From Christensenellaceae bacterium (lineage in GTDB: Bacteria > Bacillota > Clostridia > Christensenellales > DTU072), in the NCBI GenBank assembly GCA_031259085.1, contig JAIRMA010000039.1:10392-74391 (forward strand): a stretch of DNA of 64,000 bases, in the 5' to 3' direction. The notes under the pieces were generated by a model, which had not been told where the DNA came from, made no database searches, and saw nothing but the letters and a program-made list of their open reading frames with translations. How positions within the stretch are numbered: the stretch's first letter is position 1; every line of letters begins with the position of its first letter. Both the position numbers and the translations under genes were made by a program. Positions 19,518-30,501 of the stretch are shown here, one piece after another.

Positions 19518-19891
19518 TAAATTAATACCCTTAATATTTATGAATTATTATAGATTTATGCTCATTCCACTATCTCTCATATCTAAACGTCAAGGTTTAT
19601 AAATATGTCAAGTGTAATCTTTTAAAGCTTGCGTAAAATTTATGTCTCTTTTAAATTTATTCCTGCGTGTTATTTTAGTAATGGACAGTACAAATTAATA
19701 TGATTTGACATCAAGCTCATATTGTCTTACTTAATTCACAACAAATCACATTAACCTATAACTCTACTAACTAAACTAAACGTTAATGCAGGTTATCATA
19801 TAATCTTTATATTGTTTTTATATTTAATAATACACTAAAAATTTAATACAAGCAAGTAATAAATTTGAGATTATTAAATAGAGAATGTATG

Positions 19892-22354
19892 TTAATTTTC
19901 AAGTGATAGGAGAACCTTTTCTTGTTTTTTGTTTTTTCTTCGTGCTTTAATAATTTTACCTAATCCCCTAAAAAATTTACCATTGATTACATCTATCAAA
20001 CCTGCTACCATATTTAGTGTAAATTGCCCACCGCTAGTTGTACCAAATGCGCGCAAAGGATTTGAATAAAGCATGTCTCTTATAAAACTCTTAAATGATA
20101 CAGTTGAATCATCATTTCCTTTAAGTAGTAATTTTACACCTAAATTGATAACTCTATACATTAACCTACCAAAAAATCGTACTCTAGCATCAGATATGGT
20201 CGATTCCCATCTAATAGGCTCTGTCAAATAGTCGCTTGAGGGGATAGGCGAATCTAATAAAACTTCAAAAGCCTCGTTTGATGCTGATCCCTTAAAACAA
20301 TAGTACTCACCCACAGCCCCAGCTAAATATGGGAGTTCAGTCTCAGGCGCACTAATCTGAATGGAAGTTGATAATTTTATGCTAGCACAGCTACTGCCTA
20401 TTAAAATATCATATTTCCCATCTTCTACTACCCAATCCTTAATTTTGGTATTATAATATGAGAATGCACGTTTATTAAGGTGGAATTCAACAACCGTTGA
20501 TTCCCCTGGTTGAAGGTCAACTTTACAAAATCCTTTGAGCTCTTTTTTTGCACGAAATACCTTGCTGTTTTTTAACCCCACGTATAACTGTACAACTTCC
20601 TTGCCCTCACGTGATCCGATATTTTTAATGCAGGCTGTGACAGTGACTTCGTCATCAACAGTAGCTATGTCTGATGATATTACAATATCTGAATACACAA
20701 ATTCAGTATATGATAGTCCAAATCCAAATGGGAACCTCACAGGTATATCAGCTGTATCATAATACCTATATCCAACAAATATGCTTTCTCTATACTCAAC
20801 AGTAGCAGGCCCTTCTGGAAAATATTTAAAGCAAGGTGTGTCACTTAGTTTAATTGGAAATGTTTCTGCTAGCTTTCCTGAAGGATTAACTATACCAAAA
20901 ACTAAATCGTGAACAGCCAAACCACCTGCTTGACCAGGCAAATACATCTGTAAAAGGGCTGATATCCCGTTAATCCATGGCATCTCAACAGGTGCGCCAC
21001 CAAACATGACTACCGCAATATCCTTATGTGTGCCGATAAGAGCCTCTATTAGTGCAATTTGGTTTTTTGGAATTGACATATGCTTTCTGTCAAGACCCTC
21101 GGTCTCAAGGGTTAATCCGATAAATAAAAGGATATGTTTGTCGTTTGAATTAGCTAGATTAACTGCCTCATCTATTAATTTATAGTTGACCTCTTCAGTT
21201 TTAAAATCATAGCCATCAGCATACTTGAATTTTACGTGCTTTGAGATAAACGCGTCGTATGGGGTCACAACAATATTTGCATTGATTTGAGATGAACCAC
21301 CACCCTGATACAGAGGTGTTTTGAATAGATTGCCTATTACAGTTATCTCTTCGTCTAAAGAAAATGGTAAGAGATTAAGTTCATTTTTAAGCAACACTGC
21401 ACCCTCACAGGCCACTTTTTTTGCTAAATAATGGTGGGCTTCACGATCGTATTTAAAATCATTTGGCTCTAATGAATTAATTATCAGATTTGCTCTCAAT
21501 AACCTTCGTACACATTTATCAAGATCCTCAATAGTTAGGGCCTTAGACTCTACCGCATCAATTATTGCATAAACGCTCTCTGCAGATCCACCTGGCATCT
21601 CTAAATCAAGTCCTGCTTTTAAAGCTTTAACTCTATCAAATATTGCCCCCCAGTCTGTCATTACATATCCATCAAAACCCCACTCATCTCTTAGTATGTC
21701 TGTTAATATCTTTTTGTTTTCGCTAGCATATTCACCATTGATTTGATTGTATGAGCACATTATAGTATAAGGTTTTCCTTCTTTTACTGGAGTTTCAAAA
21801 CTCGCTAGATATATCTCCCGCAAAGCGCGCTCATCAACTACTGCATTTATCCTCAATCTGTCAGATTCCTGGTTATTTAAAGCATAGTGCTTAAGTGATG
21901 TACCAGGGCCCTTTTCTTGAACGCCTTGTATAAAACTAGCACCTATTTTACCGCTAAGATATGGATCCTCAGAATAATATTCAAAATTGCGTCCACATAA
22001 GGGTGAACGTTTAATGTTAACACCAGGACCTAAAACAACCCCCAAGCGCTCTTCATAAGCTTCTTCCCCTATGCCATTGCCAACTTGCTTAATTAAATCA
22101 ACATCCCAGGTGCTCGCCATAACGCAAGCAGCCGGGAAACAAGTGGCTTTTATGCTGTCATTTATACCCAAATGATCTGAATCTGCATCCTGCTTTCTGA
22201 GTCCATGAGGTCCGTCAGATACCATATAGGGCTTTATTCCACGTTTAGCTAATCCTCTTGTATACCAAAACTTTCTACCAGAACAAAGCAATGCCTTCTC
22301 TGGAACGGTCAATTCATTCAAAATTTCTTCAACTTTTTTATCTATGTCATTCAT
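19892..22354 (-). CDS. Glycoside hydrolase family 3 beta-glucosidase (paralog of 17046..19517)
   Basis: Same motif set (GPGVNIKRSPLCGRNFEYYSEDP, KHYALNNQE, VMTDWGA) and collinear with the neighbouring gene. Confidence 0.9.
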   Translation of the reverse strand: MNDIDKKVEEILNELTVPEKALLCSGRKFWYTRGLAKRGIKPYMVSDGPHGLRKQDADSDHLGINDSIKATCFPAACVMASTWDVDLIKQVGNGIGEEAYEERLGVVLGPGVNIKRSPLCGRNFEYYSEDPYLSGKIGASFIQGVQEKGPGTSLKHYALNNQESDRLRINAVVDERALREIYLASFETPVKEGKPYTIMCSYNQINGEYASENKKILTDILRDEWGFDGYVMTDWGAIFDRVKALKAGLDLEMPGGSAESVYAIIDAVESKALTIEDLDKCVRRLLRANLIINSLEPNDFKYDREAHHYLAKKVACEGAVLLKNELNLLPFSLDEEITVIGNLFKTPLYQGGGSSQINANIVVTPYDAFISKHVKFKYADGYDFKTEEVNYKLIDEAVNLANSNDKHILLFIGLTLETEGLDRKHMSIPKNQIALIEALIGTHKDIAVVMFGGAPVEMPWINGISALLQMYLPGQAGGLAVHDLVFGIVNPSGKLAETFPIKLSDTPCFKYFPEGPATVEYRESIFVGYRYYDTADIPVRFPFGFGLSYTEFVYSDIVISSDIATVDDEVTVTACIKNIGSREGKEVVQLYVGLKNSKVFRAKKELKGFCKVDLQPGESTVVEFHLNKRAFSYYNTKIKDWVVEDGKYDILIGSSCASIKLSTSIQISAPETELPYLAGAVGEYYCFKGSASNEAFEVLLDSPIPSSDYLTEPIRWESTISDARVRFFGRLMYRVINLGVKLLLKGNDDSTVSFKSFIRDMLYSNPLRAFGTTSGGQFTLNMVAGLIDVINGKFFRGLGKIIKARRKNKKQEKVLLSLEN

Positions 22355-22761
22355 ATATTAGTCCTTTTTGTGTTTTGAATTAAACTTAGGATATTTAATG
22401 GTAATCTCATTATTATTCAGTACAGTTTGATCTTTAAATAACTAGATTTATGAATATAATTATATCAAATTTTCATAATGTTTTCAATACTTTTTTATAA
22501 ATATTTTGAAAATTCAACGCATTTGACTCTAAGAGATGTAATGATATAAACTATTTGTAAGTAAAGATTAAGCTAATTTTGTATATTTTCTCTGTAAATT
22601 AAATATTCATAAAACAAAACTTTATAAATTAATGGAATTAGTAATAATTGACCATTTGATCAATTCATTTTTCTGTATTATTCAAAAGCAGATACTTATT
22701 GATTTTAATATAATGTCAGCATGAAAATCTGAGTTTCACATAAATCAACTATTCGCATTTC

Positions 22762-24228
22762 TCATTCATAAATTTCGTCATTTTCATCACCTTTTGCGAT
22801 TGGCAACTCTATATAAAATTTACTCCCGGCACCTATTGAGCTATCTACACCATAAATAGCACCAGGATGCAAAGTCATAACATTTTTTACAATAGATAAG
22901 CCCAAACCTGTGCCGACTACACCTCTAATATGATTATTATCTGATTTATAATATCTGTCCCAAATATGTGAGATCTTGTCAACATCAATGCCAATTCCGT
23001 GATCAATTACTTCAATCCTAACATTGTTATCCCTAGTTATTGCCCTGACAATAACTAATTTGTCTTCGCCTACATAATTTATAGCATTACTCAAGAGGTT
23101 ATATATAACTTGTGATATTTTTAGTTCATCAGCATAGACCCACAACGAATCATCACTTTCAAGCTTAATAGAATATCCCATTCTAGATAAGAGTGCAGAA
23201 TGCCGCTTGACAATCTCGTTTAACAAGGCTATTATATCAAATGTTGTGAAATTAAGAACAAGATCCCCAGATTGCATACGTGACAGATCAAGCATGTCGT
23301 TTACTAGATTTGTTAATCTCTCTGTTTCATCCACAATTATTTGTAAATTTTCAGGAGTGACTTCCTCAGGGATATCTAGCATCATCTCTGTATAACCTTT
23401 CATAAGAGTTAGAGGTGTTCTAAGATCATGTGACACATTTGCAAGTAACTCACGGCGCAAATGCTCCACAACAGAGATCTGTTTGGATGCATAATTTAAT
23501 GCATCAGTCAAGGCTATAACTTCCTTGAACCCATCACCTTTAAAAACTACGTCAGCATCGCCACTAGCCATATCCATAGCGGATGTAGTCAATGATTCGA
23601 TCGGTTTTGCTACTTTTTTTGTTAAGAAAATGGTTATGGTTAAAGTTAAAAAAACAATCCCGCAAGAAATTACTAACGCCGTGACCACTGCAACGCTAAA
23701 AAGCGAAGGCATAGGCGTGACCGAGCTTTCAGTAATAATTGCTAATTCTTCATTTGCTGAGTTTTTAATTATTTTAGCATATATTAAATTTTCTACACCC
23801 ACTTCTGTTGATAAGCTTGAATCGTTAAGTCCGTTAACTGCTAGACTGTCTGACTGGATAAAATATAAATATGATCCGTCATTTGATTTAGCTTCATTAT
23901 AATAACTTAAATATTCAGAATCAGACAGCGCGCCCAAAATAGACGGTTGCCTTAAATATTTATGGATAACAGCCCCAGTGTCGCTGATTATAACAATGCT
24001 CATGTCCTCTCTATAGGACATGACCTCGATATATGAATCGAGTTCTGGGTTGTCAATAATTGATGTTATTGTATCAGTATTTTGCTGGACGTCACTAGTT
24101 TTAATAGTTCTATAAAAGGTATTAAGCATTCCTATCTGGAAAAACCATAATACGCCTAAGACAATTATAGAAAATATTGCTAAACTAAAAAATATACTCC
24201 ACTTAAGTGGTAATCGGTAAAGGCTCAA
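22762..24228 (-). CDS. Sensor histidine kinase (two TM, HAMP, HisKA, HATPase_c)
   Basis: H-box LLANVSHDLRTPLT, N-box LLSNAINY and G-boxes DHGIGI / GTGLGLSIV. Overlaps the RR gene by 26 nt. Confidence 0.9.
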   Translation of the reverse strand: MSLYRLPLKWSIFFSLAIFSIIVLGVLWFFQIGMLNTFYRTIKTSDVQQNTDTITSIIDNPELDSYIEVMSYREDMSIVIISDTGAVIHKYLRQPSILGALSDSEYLSYYNEAKSNDGSYLYFIQSDSLAVNGLNDSSLSTEVGVENLIYAKIIKNSANEELAIITESSVTPMPSLFSVAVVTALVISCGIVFLTLTITIFLTKKVAKPIESLTTSAMDMASGDADVVFKGDGFKEVIALTDALNYASKQISVVEHLRRELLANVSHDLRTPLTLMKGYTEMMLDIPEEVTPENLQIIVDETERLTNLVNDMLDLSRMQSGDLVLNFTTFDIIALLNEIVKRHSALLSRMGYSIKLESDDSLWVYADELKISQVIYNLLSNAINYVGEDKLVIVRAITRDNNVRIEVIDHGIGIDVDKISHIWDRYYKSDNNHIRGVVGTGLGLSIVKNVMTLHPGAIYGVDSSIGAGSKFYIELPIAKGDENDEIYE

Positions 24229-24880
24229 ATCGATACCCCAATCCTCTTAAAGTCACTATGTACGATCCACAAACGCCTAAATCCTTTCTTAATACTTTGA
24301 TATGCGTATCAATTGTTCTATCATCACCATAGTAATCAAATCCCCATATCTTGTTTAAAAGAAGATGTCTTGATAAAGCAAGGCCTTTGTTATTTATCAT
24401 AAAAAACAACAACTCATATTCTTTGGGGCTTAAATCAACGCGCTCTCCTTCTATCCATACTAATCGTGCATTGAAATCCACTTTTAGATTTTTCGCCTCA
24501 TAAATAGAATCCGAGCTTTTTTGTCCACGACTAAGAATCGCGTTAATTCTTAGCATTAGCTCTTTTCCAGAAAATGGTTTTATTACATAATCATCGGCCC
24601 CAGATTCAAAACCATGAATTTTATTATATTCTTCATCACGTGCTGACAACATGATTACAGGGACAGGAGAAGTTTTTCTTATTTCTTTAGTCGCTGAAAA
24701 ACCATCCAACACTGGCATCATTATGTCCATAACGATGATATCAGGCTCAGAAATTTCCGCCCTTCTTATGGCGTCCTCACCGTCAACAGCCTCAATAACT
24801 TCAAAGCCAGCGCTCTCGCCATACTTGCGTACTAAATTACGAATTTGTATCTCATCATCAACTATAAGGATCTTCTGCAT
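24203..24880 (-). CDS. OmpR-family response regulator
   Basis: Receiver domain (ILIVDDE..., MDIMMPVLDG) plus a winged-helix C-terminus (TLRGLGYRF). AGGAG SD lies 5 nt before ATG 24880. Confidence 0.9.
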   Translation of the reverse strand: MQKILIVDDEIQIRNLVRKYGESAGFEVIEAVDGEDAIRRAEISEPDIIVMDIMMPVLDGFSATKEIRKTSPVPVIMLSARDEEYNKIHGFESGADDYVIKPFSGKELMLRINAILSRGQKSSDSIYEAKNLKVDFNARLVWIEGERVDLSPKEYELLFFMINNKGLALSRHLLLNKIWGFDYYGDDRTIDTHIKVLRKDLGVCGSYIVTLRGLGYRFEPLPITT

Positions 24881-24999
24881 AATTGCTCCTAACAAATATT
24901 TAACTAGTAGTTACCTAACATACAATTTTCTTTACTTCTTATTATTATAACACTAAACGCAAAACTTAACATTAATTTTTTGCATCATATTGTATAATG

Positions 25000-26121
25000 T
25001 TATTCTTTGCTCTCATCATTTTCCTCATTCAAAACTACATTGACAGTATATATTTCAGTGCCATGCAAATATGTTAATACAACTGTATCTAAAACATTAT
25101 AACTCCTGAGTGTATCTCGCCATTCTTTTTTTGTTAATACAATAGTGTCATTTATGGCTATCAGATAATCACCCAAAACAGGGCCTGTTAAGACCCTCTC
25201 ATCTACATCTATGATTCTAAGGCCTTCCCTTTGTTGCAACAAATTAGGAACCTTGATCTCACTGAATTTCATAAAATCAACATCAACTCTCCCTGCCACA
25301 TAACCCTTTGTCAGAAGATCTAACATGGTATCATATATTACATTTCCTGGAATGGCATAACTGATTCCCAAATTAGTGTCTGAAGAATTAATAAATCCTA
25401 TGAATGTCCCGTCACTATTAAATAACCCGCCACCCTGTACGTTTTCATCTAAACAAAAATTGCTCTGCATGAACAGTCGTATAGAATCATTTATTTTAAT
25501 ATTCTTACTCCCAACACTGATTATTCCTTCGTATTTTCGTCCAGTATAATCAATTGAAAAAACTTTAATACCAGGTGTAATATTATCTTCTGAATTAAAG
25601 GTGACGGCTGATAAAACAACATCTGTTCTAACTACACCAAATCCTATTATGTCATCATTTGTTACAACTGTAGCTGGATACTCAGTCCCATCAGAAGTAA
25701 TCACATTAAGTTGATCAGAATTAACTACATTAGCATCAGTTAATATTAAACTACCAGTTTCATCATTAGCAGCCCACACAATACCACACCAACTTTTAGA
25801 ACTATCGCTAGTTGATACAACATTTTCAGGGTAAGCTTCAGTGATCTTAACTACGGAGGCTGAAACTTTCTCAAAACTACCCGCTGTTATGTCTTCTTTG
25901 CCATTGCCGTCTGTTAATCCCGTTATTGGTTCTACAATTACATAATATTGTTTTCTCCCTTCACTTATTCCATATAACCAGGCAATATATGCAGATAAAA
26001 AACATAGTATAAATACGCCTAGAAAATATACAAATGAGATTCGTGAAGTACACGACTGTGATTTATTGGAGACTTTAGATTGTTTTTTATAGTGTAGATC
26101 GTATATTTGATCATCATCCAT
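25000..26121 (-). CDS. Membrane-anchored HtrA/DegP-like (S1C fold + PDZ) protein, apparently lacking catalytic His and Ser
   Basis: Collinear with HtrA landmarks (SVVKI; GSLILTDANVV; DIIGFGVV; NVQGGGLFNSDGTFIGFIN; ISYAIPGNV; PDZ-like tail). Asn replaces His and GGG replaces GNSGG. Confidence 0.7.
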   Translation of the reverse strand: MDDDQIYDLHYKKQSKVSNKSQSCTSRISFVYFLGVFILCFLSAYIAWLYGISEGRKQYYVIVEPITGLTDGNGKEDITAGSFEKVSASVVKITEAYPENVVSTSDSSKSWCGIVWAANDETGSLILTDANVVNSDQLNVITSDGTEYPATVVTNDDIIGFGVVRTDVVLSAVTFNSEDNITPGIKVFSIDYTGRKYEGIISVGSKNIKINDSIRLFMQSNFCLDENVQGGGLFNSDGTFIGFINSSDTNLGISYAIPGNVIYDTMLDLLTKGYVAGRVDVDFMKFSEIKVPNLLQQREGLRIIDVDERVLTGPVLGDYLIAINDTIVLTKKEWRDTLRSYNVLDTVVLTYLHGTEIYTVNVVLNEENDESKE

Positions 26122-26286
26122 GAATTTAATAACACTCTCTAAATGCTACCCCTAAAATACTTTTTTTTGGAGGGGAGCACCAAATTTATTGTAGTTAAAT
26201 ACAACAAGTTATTATAACAAATAAAAATGAATTTTAAATGAATATAATATATATATAAGATGAAAATTAATTAAATATACTTCTCT

Positions 26287-27915
26287 CTATAACTGACCTC
26301 TTTCTTCTTCCTCTGGCAAGTTAACTTCTTCTATTGAGGTTATAAACGTATCTGAGGCTGACAATTGAATCGCAACTTTACTTGATACTAACTCCTCAAA
26401 AGACTTTCCTGCTCCCTCATTATATAAATCATAAAAATTCTTGCTCGTGTCATCCATTCCAGTCGTTGCTTCATTGATGATTTTAGCAATATCTGAATGA
26501 GCTATGCCTAGTAACGTAGTAAGATTCTCTATTGAATAGGTGTATCGCAACTTGTTTTGATCAGAAGCAGATATCGCACCTAAAATATAAACAACACTCC
26601 TATTAAATAGGGACGCATCAGGTTGATTGGGGCTTAGTTCTAAAAGATCCTCTATTACTTTAGTAAGATCAAAATGACACTTTAAATTCACTACAGTATT
26701 GTCATTACCTAAATGATTAAACCAGAGCACACCATCCTCTAAATAAATAGAGAGTCTATTAGAATTTTTGATGTTATCGTATATATAAATAGCTGCCTTT
26801 GTCTTATTTACGTCTTCCGAATTATAATCAATTTCTGCAATAAAATCGTATTTTCTTGTTGTAGATTCAGCGAGATAATAGAAATTGAGTGTTATTCGCA
26901 AAGGGTTCTCATCATAACGTCTAAATGAGCCAAGATCTGCATTAGCAAAAAGATTGTTAATCAATTGATTAGAGCTTTTGAAATCAACAACTTGAAATGA
27001 GCCTTCATATGGAATACCACCAAAAACTGTGTTAGCATGTGTCGGGCTTGATGAAACTTCTAATTTCACTTTCATATCACTTAGTCTGCCAGATTTAAAT
27101 GTGTTTTGCATGCCTTCTATTGTTGTGCATTCAACAGTTACATACATTGGTGGTAATCCTGTGCTTGAAATATCACTATTAGTAACACCAAGCATATTGG
27201 TTAAAAAGAAGTTTAAATCTGATGAGTAACTAGTTAATTGGCTACCAGGCAATTTCATGTTAGATATCAATGATTTCAAAGTCTCAGCTAAATCAATATT
27301 CACTAAGAAATGTTTAGTGTATGTGCTGTTTTCTTTTTTATACTCATACTTTATCGTTGTATCGCTTTTTAGCTTAATTATATCTGTTAATGAAATAGTG
27401 CTATCTAAAATAGTAACTGGCGCTAATATATTCATAGTATCAATTGAGCACGGCACTTTTAGTTTTGTGTTGCCTATTCTCAGATATAACATAGGCTCTG
27501 TATCACTATTCACGTGGTATATGCCTAAAACTAAATTCTCTTTTTCTTTATCATAGATTTCACATAATACAGAGTTATCGTTGATCTGCGTCTCAGAGTA
27601 ATTAACTTTCAATACAAAAACATACTGAACAGTTCCTAATACAATAGGTGCCTCTGCAGACAGAGAGCTTGAACTTGCCGATGAATCTCTCTGTTGACTC
27701 ACTGGTTTTAAAGTATTGAATAAGCCATACAATAACTCATCTGTAGCGTTTTGTACTGTTAAATCAGCCTTTGTAAATCCTTTAGTATAAAAAGTGTCTA
27801 CAACTGTATTGGGAGTCTTGGGTACTGTATTATCTTCACAAGCAGTAATTAAAACACCAAAGATCAAAATAAGGCCTACTATCATTGCAATCTTAAAAAG
27901 AAAATTCTTTTTCAT
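26287..27915 (-). CDS. Large lipoprotein of unknown function (542 aa)
   Basis: AGGAG SD, and a signal peptide with lipobox LITAC. Confidence 0.7.
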   Translation of the reverse strand: MKKNFLFKIAMIVGLILIFGVLITACEDNTVPKTPNTVVDTFYTKGFTKADLTVQNATDELLYGLFNTLKPVSQQRDSSASSSSLSAEAPIVLGTVQYVFVLKVNYSETQINDNSVLCEIYDKEKENLVLGIYHVNSDTEPMLYLRIGNTKLKVPCSIDTMNILAPVTILDSTISLTDIIKLKSDTTIKYEYKKENSTYTKHFLVNIDLAETLKSLISNMKLPGSQLTSYSSDLNFFLTNMLGVTNSDISSTGLPPMYVTVECTTIEGMQNTFKSGRLSDMKVKLEVSSSPTHANTVFGGIPYEGSFQVVDFKSSNQLINNLFANADLGSFRRYDENPLRITLNFYYLAESTTRKYDFIAEIDYNSEDVNKTKAAIYIYDNIKNSNRLSIYLEDGVLWFNHLGNDNTVVNLKCHFDLTKVIEDLLELSPNQPDASLFNRSVVYILGAISASDQNKLRYTYSIENLTTLLGIAHSDIAKIINEATTGMDDTSKNFYDLYNEGAGKSFEELVSSKVAIQLSASDTFITSIEEVNLPEEEERGQL

Positions 27916-28167
27916 TATAGTTCTCCTGCTTAGTATTAATAATTACGTGGGTTAAGCACTTTTGTTATCCCAAAATTATATTTAGCGCCCTAATTATTAT
28001 TTGGGTCATCAAAGCATCCATTAATTGGCATGGTACCATTTTATTATGCTTTTAAAACTCTCTCAAAAGCACTGAGTGATAGTTTTATTAAAATGTTTCA
28101 TCTGACCTAGAACTTTTTTAAGTTTAACGGTCAGAATAATTAATTTTAAATCGTCGCACTACTAGGC

Positions 28168-29874
28168 TCAACCTTTAATATTCAGAATAGTTTGTATTAT
28201 ATCTTTTCGTGGTATAATCTCAGATTGAGCATGATTTCTAAGTTTAATCTCTACAGAATCTGTAGCTAAAAGTTTAGGACTTAATACAACTCTAATAGGA
28301 ATTCCCATTAGTTCACTATCAGTGAATTTAACTCCAGGAGAAACACTCCTATCGTCTAAAATTGTTTCTATCCCTGCTTTAACAAACTCATCGTATATTT
28401 GATGTGTTAAATCCTTTACATCTTCATTGTCATATCTAAGTGGACATAAATACACATCCCATGGCGCTATCGAAATTGGCCAGTTTAATCCTTTTTCATC
28501 TGATTTGTCCTCAGCTACAGACGCAAGAGCACGGCCTACTCCTATTCCGTAACAGCCCATTATTGGATTGACCAAAACACCATTTTTGTTTAGCACCTTC
28601 ATGTTCATCGAAGTAGTATACTTAGTACCTAGTTGGAATATATTGCCTACTTCAATCCCGTTTTTTACAGTTAAGGGCTTCCCGCAAACACTGCATCTCA
28701 TTCCATCATTAACCTTTGTTATGTCAACAAAATTTGAGATCTTGAGGTCTCGGTTTACTGAAACACCACTAATATGATAATCAGGCTTATTCGCACCTAT
28801 GACCATCCCAGAGCAACCTCTAAGCGAATTATCATATACTATAACTCTATTAGCTGATTCACTAAGACCGAGTGGGCCTATGTTGCCAGCTACTATGTCT
28901 AGAGAATCCGACAACGATGCAGGCACAACATCGCATTTAATAATTTTCTTCAATTTTGCTTCGTTCACTTCTAAGTCACCCCGCAAAAAACAAACAACTT
29001 GTTTAGTGCTAGATTTAATATTGTAAACTACAGCTTTGATTGTCTTGACACTAGTAATCTTAAGGAATTCTGCTACTTCTGATATCTCTTTTGCGCTCCC
29101 AGTAAAGACCTCGCGCATTGTTTGATTATCGCAACTATTATCATTAGGAGTTATAATTCCTTCAGCTACTTCCATATTAGCTTTATAATCACAGTGTGAG
29201 CATATAACTAATTTATCTTCACCAATATCCGACAAAAACATAAACTCATGTGAAATCTTACCACCCATCATGCCTGAATCAGATTTAACAGCTATCACAT
29301 TATCAAGCCCTATTCTCTTGAAAATCCGAACATATGCATCGAATACCTTTTCATAATATTCTTCCAAATCATCTTGTGTCAGATGAAATGAATATGCATC
29401 CTTCATTACGAATTCCCTAACACGAATTAGACCACCACGAGATCTGGCTTCATCTCTGAATTTAGTCTGTATCTGATAAATCATGCAAGGTAGCTGTACA
29501 TAACTCGTTATATTGTCCCTTGCAAAGTGTACTGCGGCTTCTTCATGAGTCATGCCTAGGACTAAGCTATGTCCAGTGCGATCGGTGAACCTTATGAGTT
29601 CATCACCTATCGATGAATATCTCCCAGATTCATCCCAAAGCTCCTTTGGCATTACTACAGGGAATGAACATTCCTGGCCATCTATTCGATTCATTTCTTC
29701 ACGAATTATTTGCTCAATCTTTAGAGCTATCCTCTGAGCGGCCATCCCAAAACTCCAAATCCCTCCCGCTACAGCTTTGATAAAACCTGTACGCATTAAT
29801 AGAGCATGGCTCTTAATAACAGCATCAGCTGGATTCTCTTTTGTTCTAGCCCCCACTAACTTAGATAAGTACAT
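28168..29874 (-). CDS. proS: Prolyl-tRNA synthetase (bacterial type with insertion/editing domain)
   Basis: Class II aaRS motifs (FRDEARSRGGLIRVREF; GCYGIGVGRAL). The length and INS region are typical of bacterial ProS. Confidence 0.92.
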   Translation of the reverse strand: MYLSKLVGARTKENPADAVIKSHALLMRTGFIKAVAGGIWSFGMAAQRIALKIEQIIREEMNRIDGQECSFPVVMPKELWDESGRYSSIGDELIRFTDRTGHSLVLGMTHEEAAVHFARDNITSYVQLPCMIYQIQTKFRDEARSRGGLIRVREFVMKDAYSFHLTQDDLEEYYEKVFDAYVRIFKRIGLDNVIAVKSDSGMMGGKISHEFMFLSDIGEDKLVICSHCDYKANMEVAEGIITPNDNSCDNQTMREVFTGSAKEISEVAEFLKITSVKTIKAVVYNIKSSTKQVVCFLRGDLEVNEAKLKKIIKCDVVPASLSDSLDIVAGNIGPLGLSESANRVIVYDNSLRGCSGMVIGANKPDYHISGVSVNRDLKISNFVDITKVNDGMRCSVCGKPLTVKNGIEVGNIFQLGTKYTTSMNMKVLNKNGVLVNPIMGCYGIGVGRALASVAEDKSDEKGLNWPISIAPWDVYLCPLRYDNEDVKDLTHQIYDEFVKAGIETILDDRSVSPGVKFTDSELMGIPIRVVLSPKLLATDSVEIKLRNHAQSEIIPRKDIIQTILNIKG

Positions 29875-29891
29875 TCCCCACCTTCTTAGCT

Positions 29892-30254
29892 TTATTCATC
29901 TTCGACAGTTATTGTAACTTCTGCGTGATATTGATTAAGGTACGTTGCTTTTACAACATAGTCTCCTGCTCTTGTAAATTGATATTTATCATCGAGCTCG
30001 AGATTAGATAAATCAATTACAATCCCAGCATTCGTAGATGACGGTGTTAAAGTTGAATCGTCTGAGAGTGTAGCCTCAAATTTAAAGCCTATGTACGAAA
30101 ACACATCGCCTACTTTAAATACGTAATCATCAAGTACCTCAATTGTAAAACCTGTTATGGTAGGACTCACTTCATTTGCCGTACAAGCTACAAAAGCGCC
30201 TGTTATTGCTACTATCGTTAGAATAAGTGCGGTTAAAATAATAACCTTTTTCAT
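29892..30254 (-). CDS. Small lipoprotein with an Ig-like beta domain
   Basis: AAGGAG SD and lipobox FVAC. The domain resembles the N-terminal repeats of 6708..7439. Confidence 0.7.
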   Translation of the reverse strand: MKKVIILTALILTIVAITGAFVACTANEVSPTITGFTIEVLDDYVFKVGDVFSYIGFKFEATLSDDSTLTPSSTNAGIVIDLSNLELDDKYQFTRAGDYVVKATYLNQYHAEVTITVEDE

Positions 30255-30501
30255 GTTAACTCCTTTTTTATTTTGTTACTTATTTATTATACCTTTTGCT
30301 ATTTAAAATGTCAATATTTAATAATTTAACAACCAATTATACTAAGGAAATTAGTGAAGTTTTAGATATTATCAAGAATAAGTGCAGTAGATTTAATCGT
30401 TTTAATAGATTGATACTTAGCATTTAGTGAATCGATTTTTGTAAGACTTAAAATTGATTAGCTAAAGTATTGTAATTCTATATATCCCAATTGCCTTTTA
30501 T

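Noticed and set aside
26135-26180. Bulged hairpin tgct-a-cccct / agggg-agca between the lipoprotein and HtrA-like genes, considered as a terminator.
   Set aside because: It has a large A/T loop and no U-tract following it on the minus (coding) strand. It is too weak to call.
29875-30501. T-box leader upstream of proS or of the small lipoprotein gene.
   Set aside because: Only 17 nt separate proS from the upstream gene. The 250-nt region upstream of 30254 contains no T-box sequence (no GGTGGTACC-like element on the minus strand) and no terminator/antiterminator pair.
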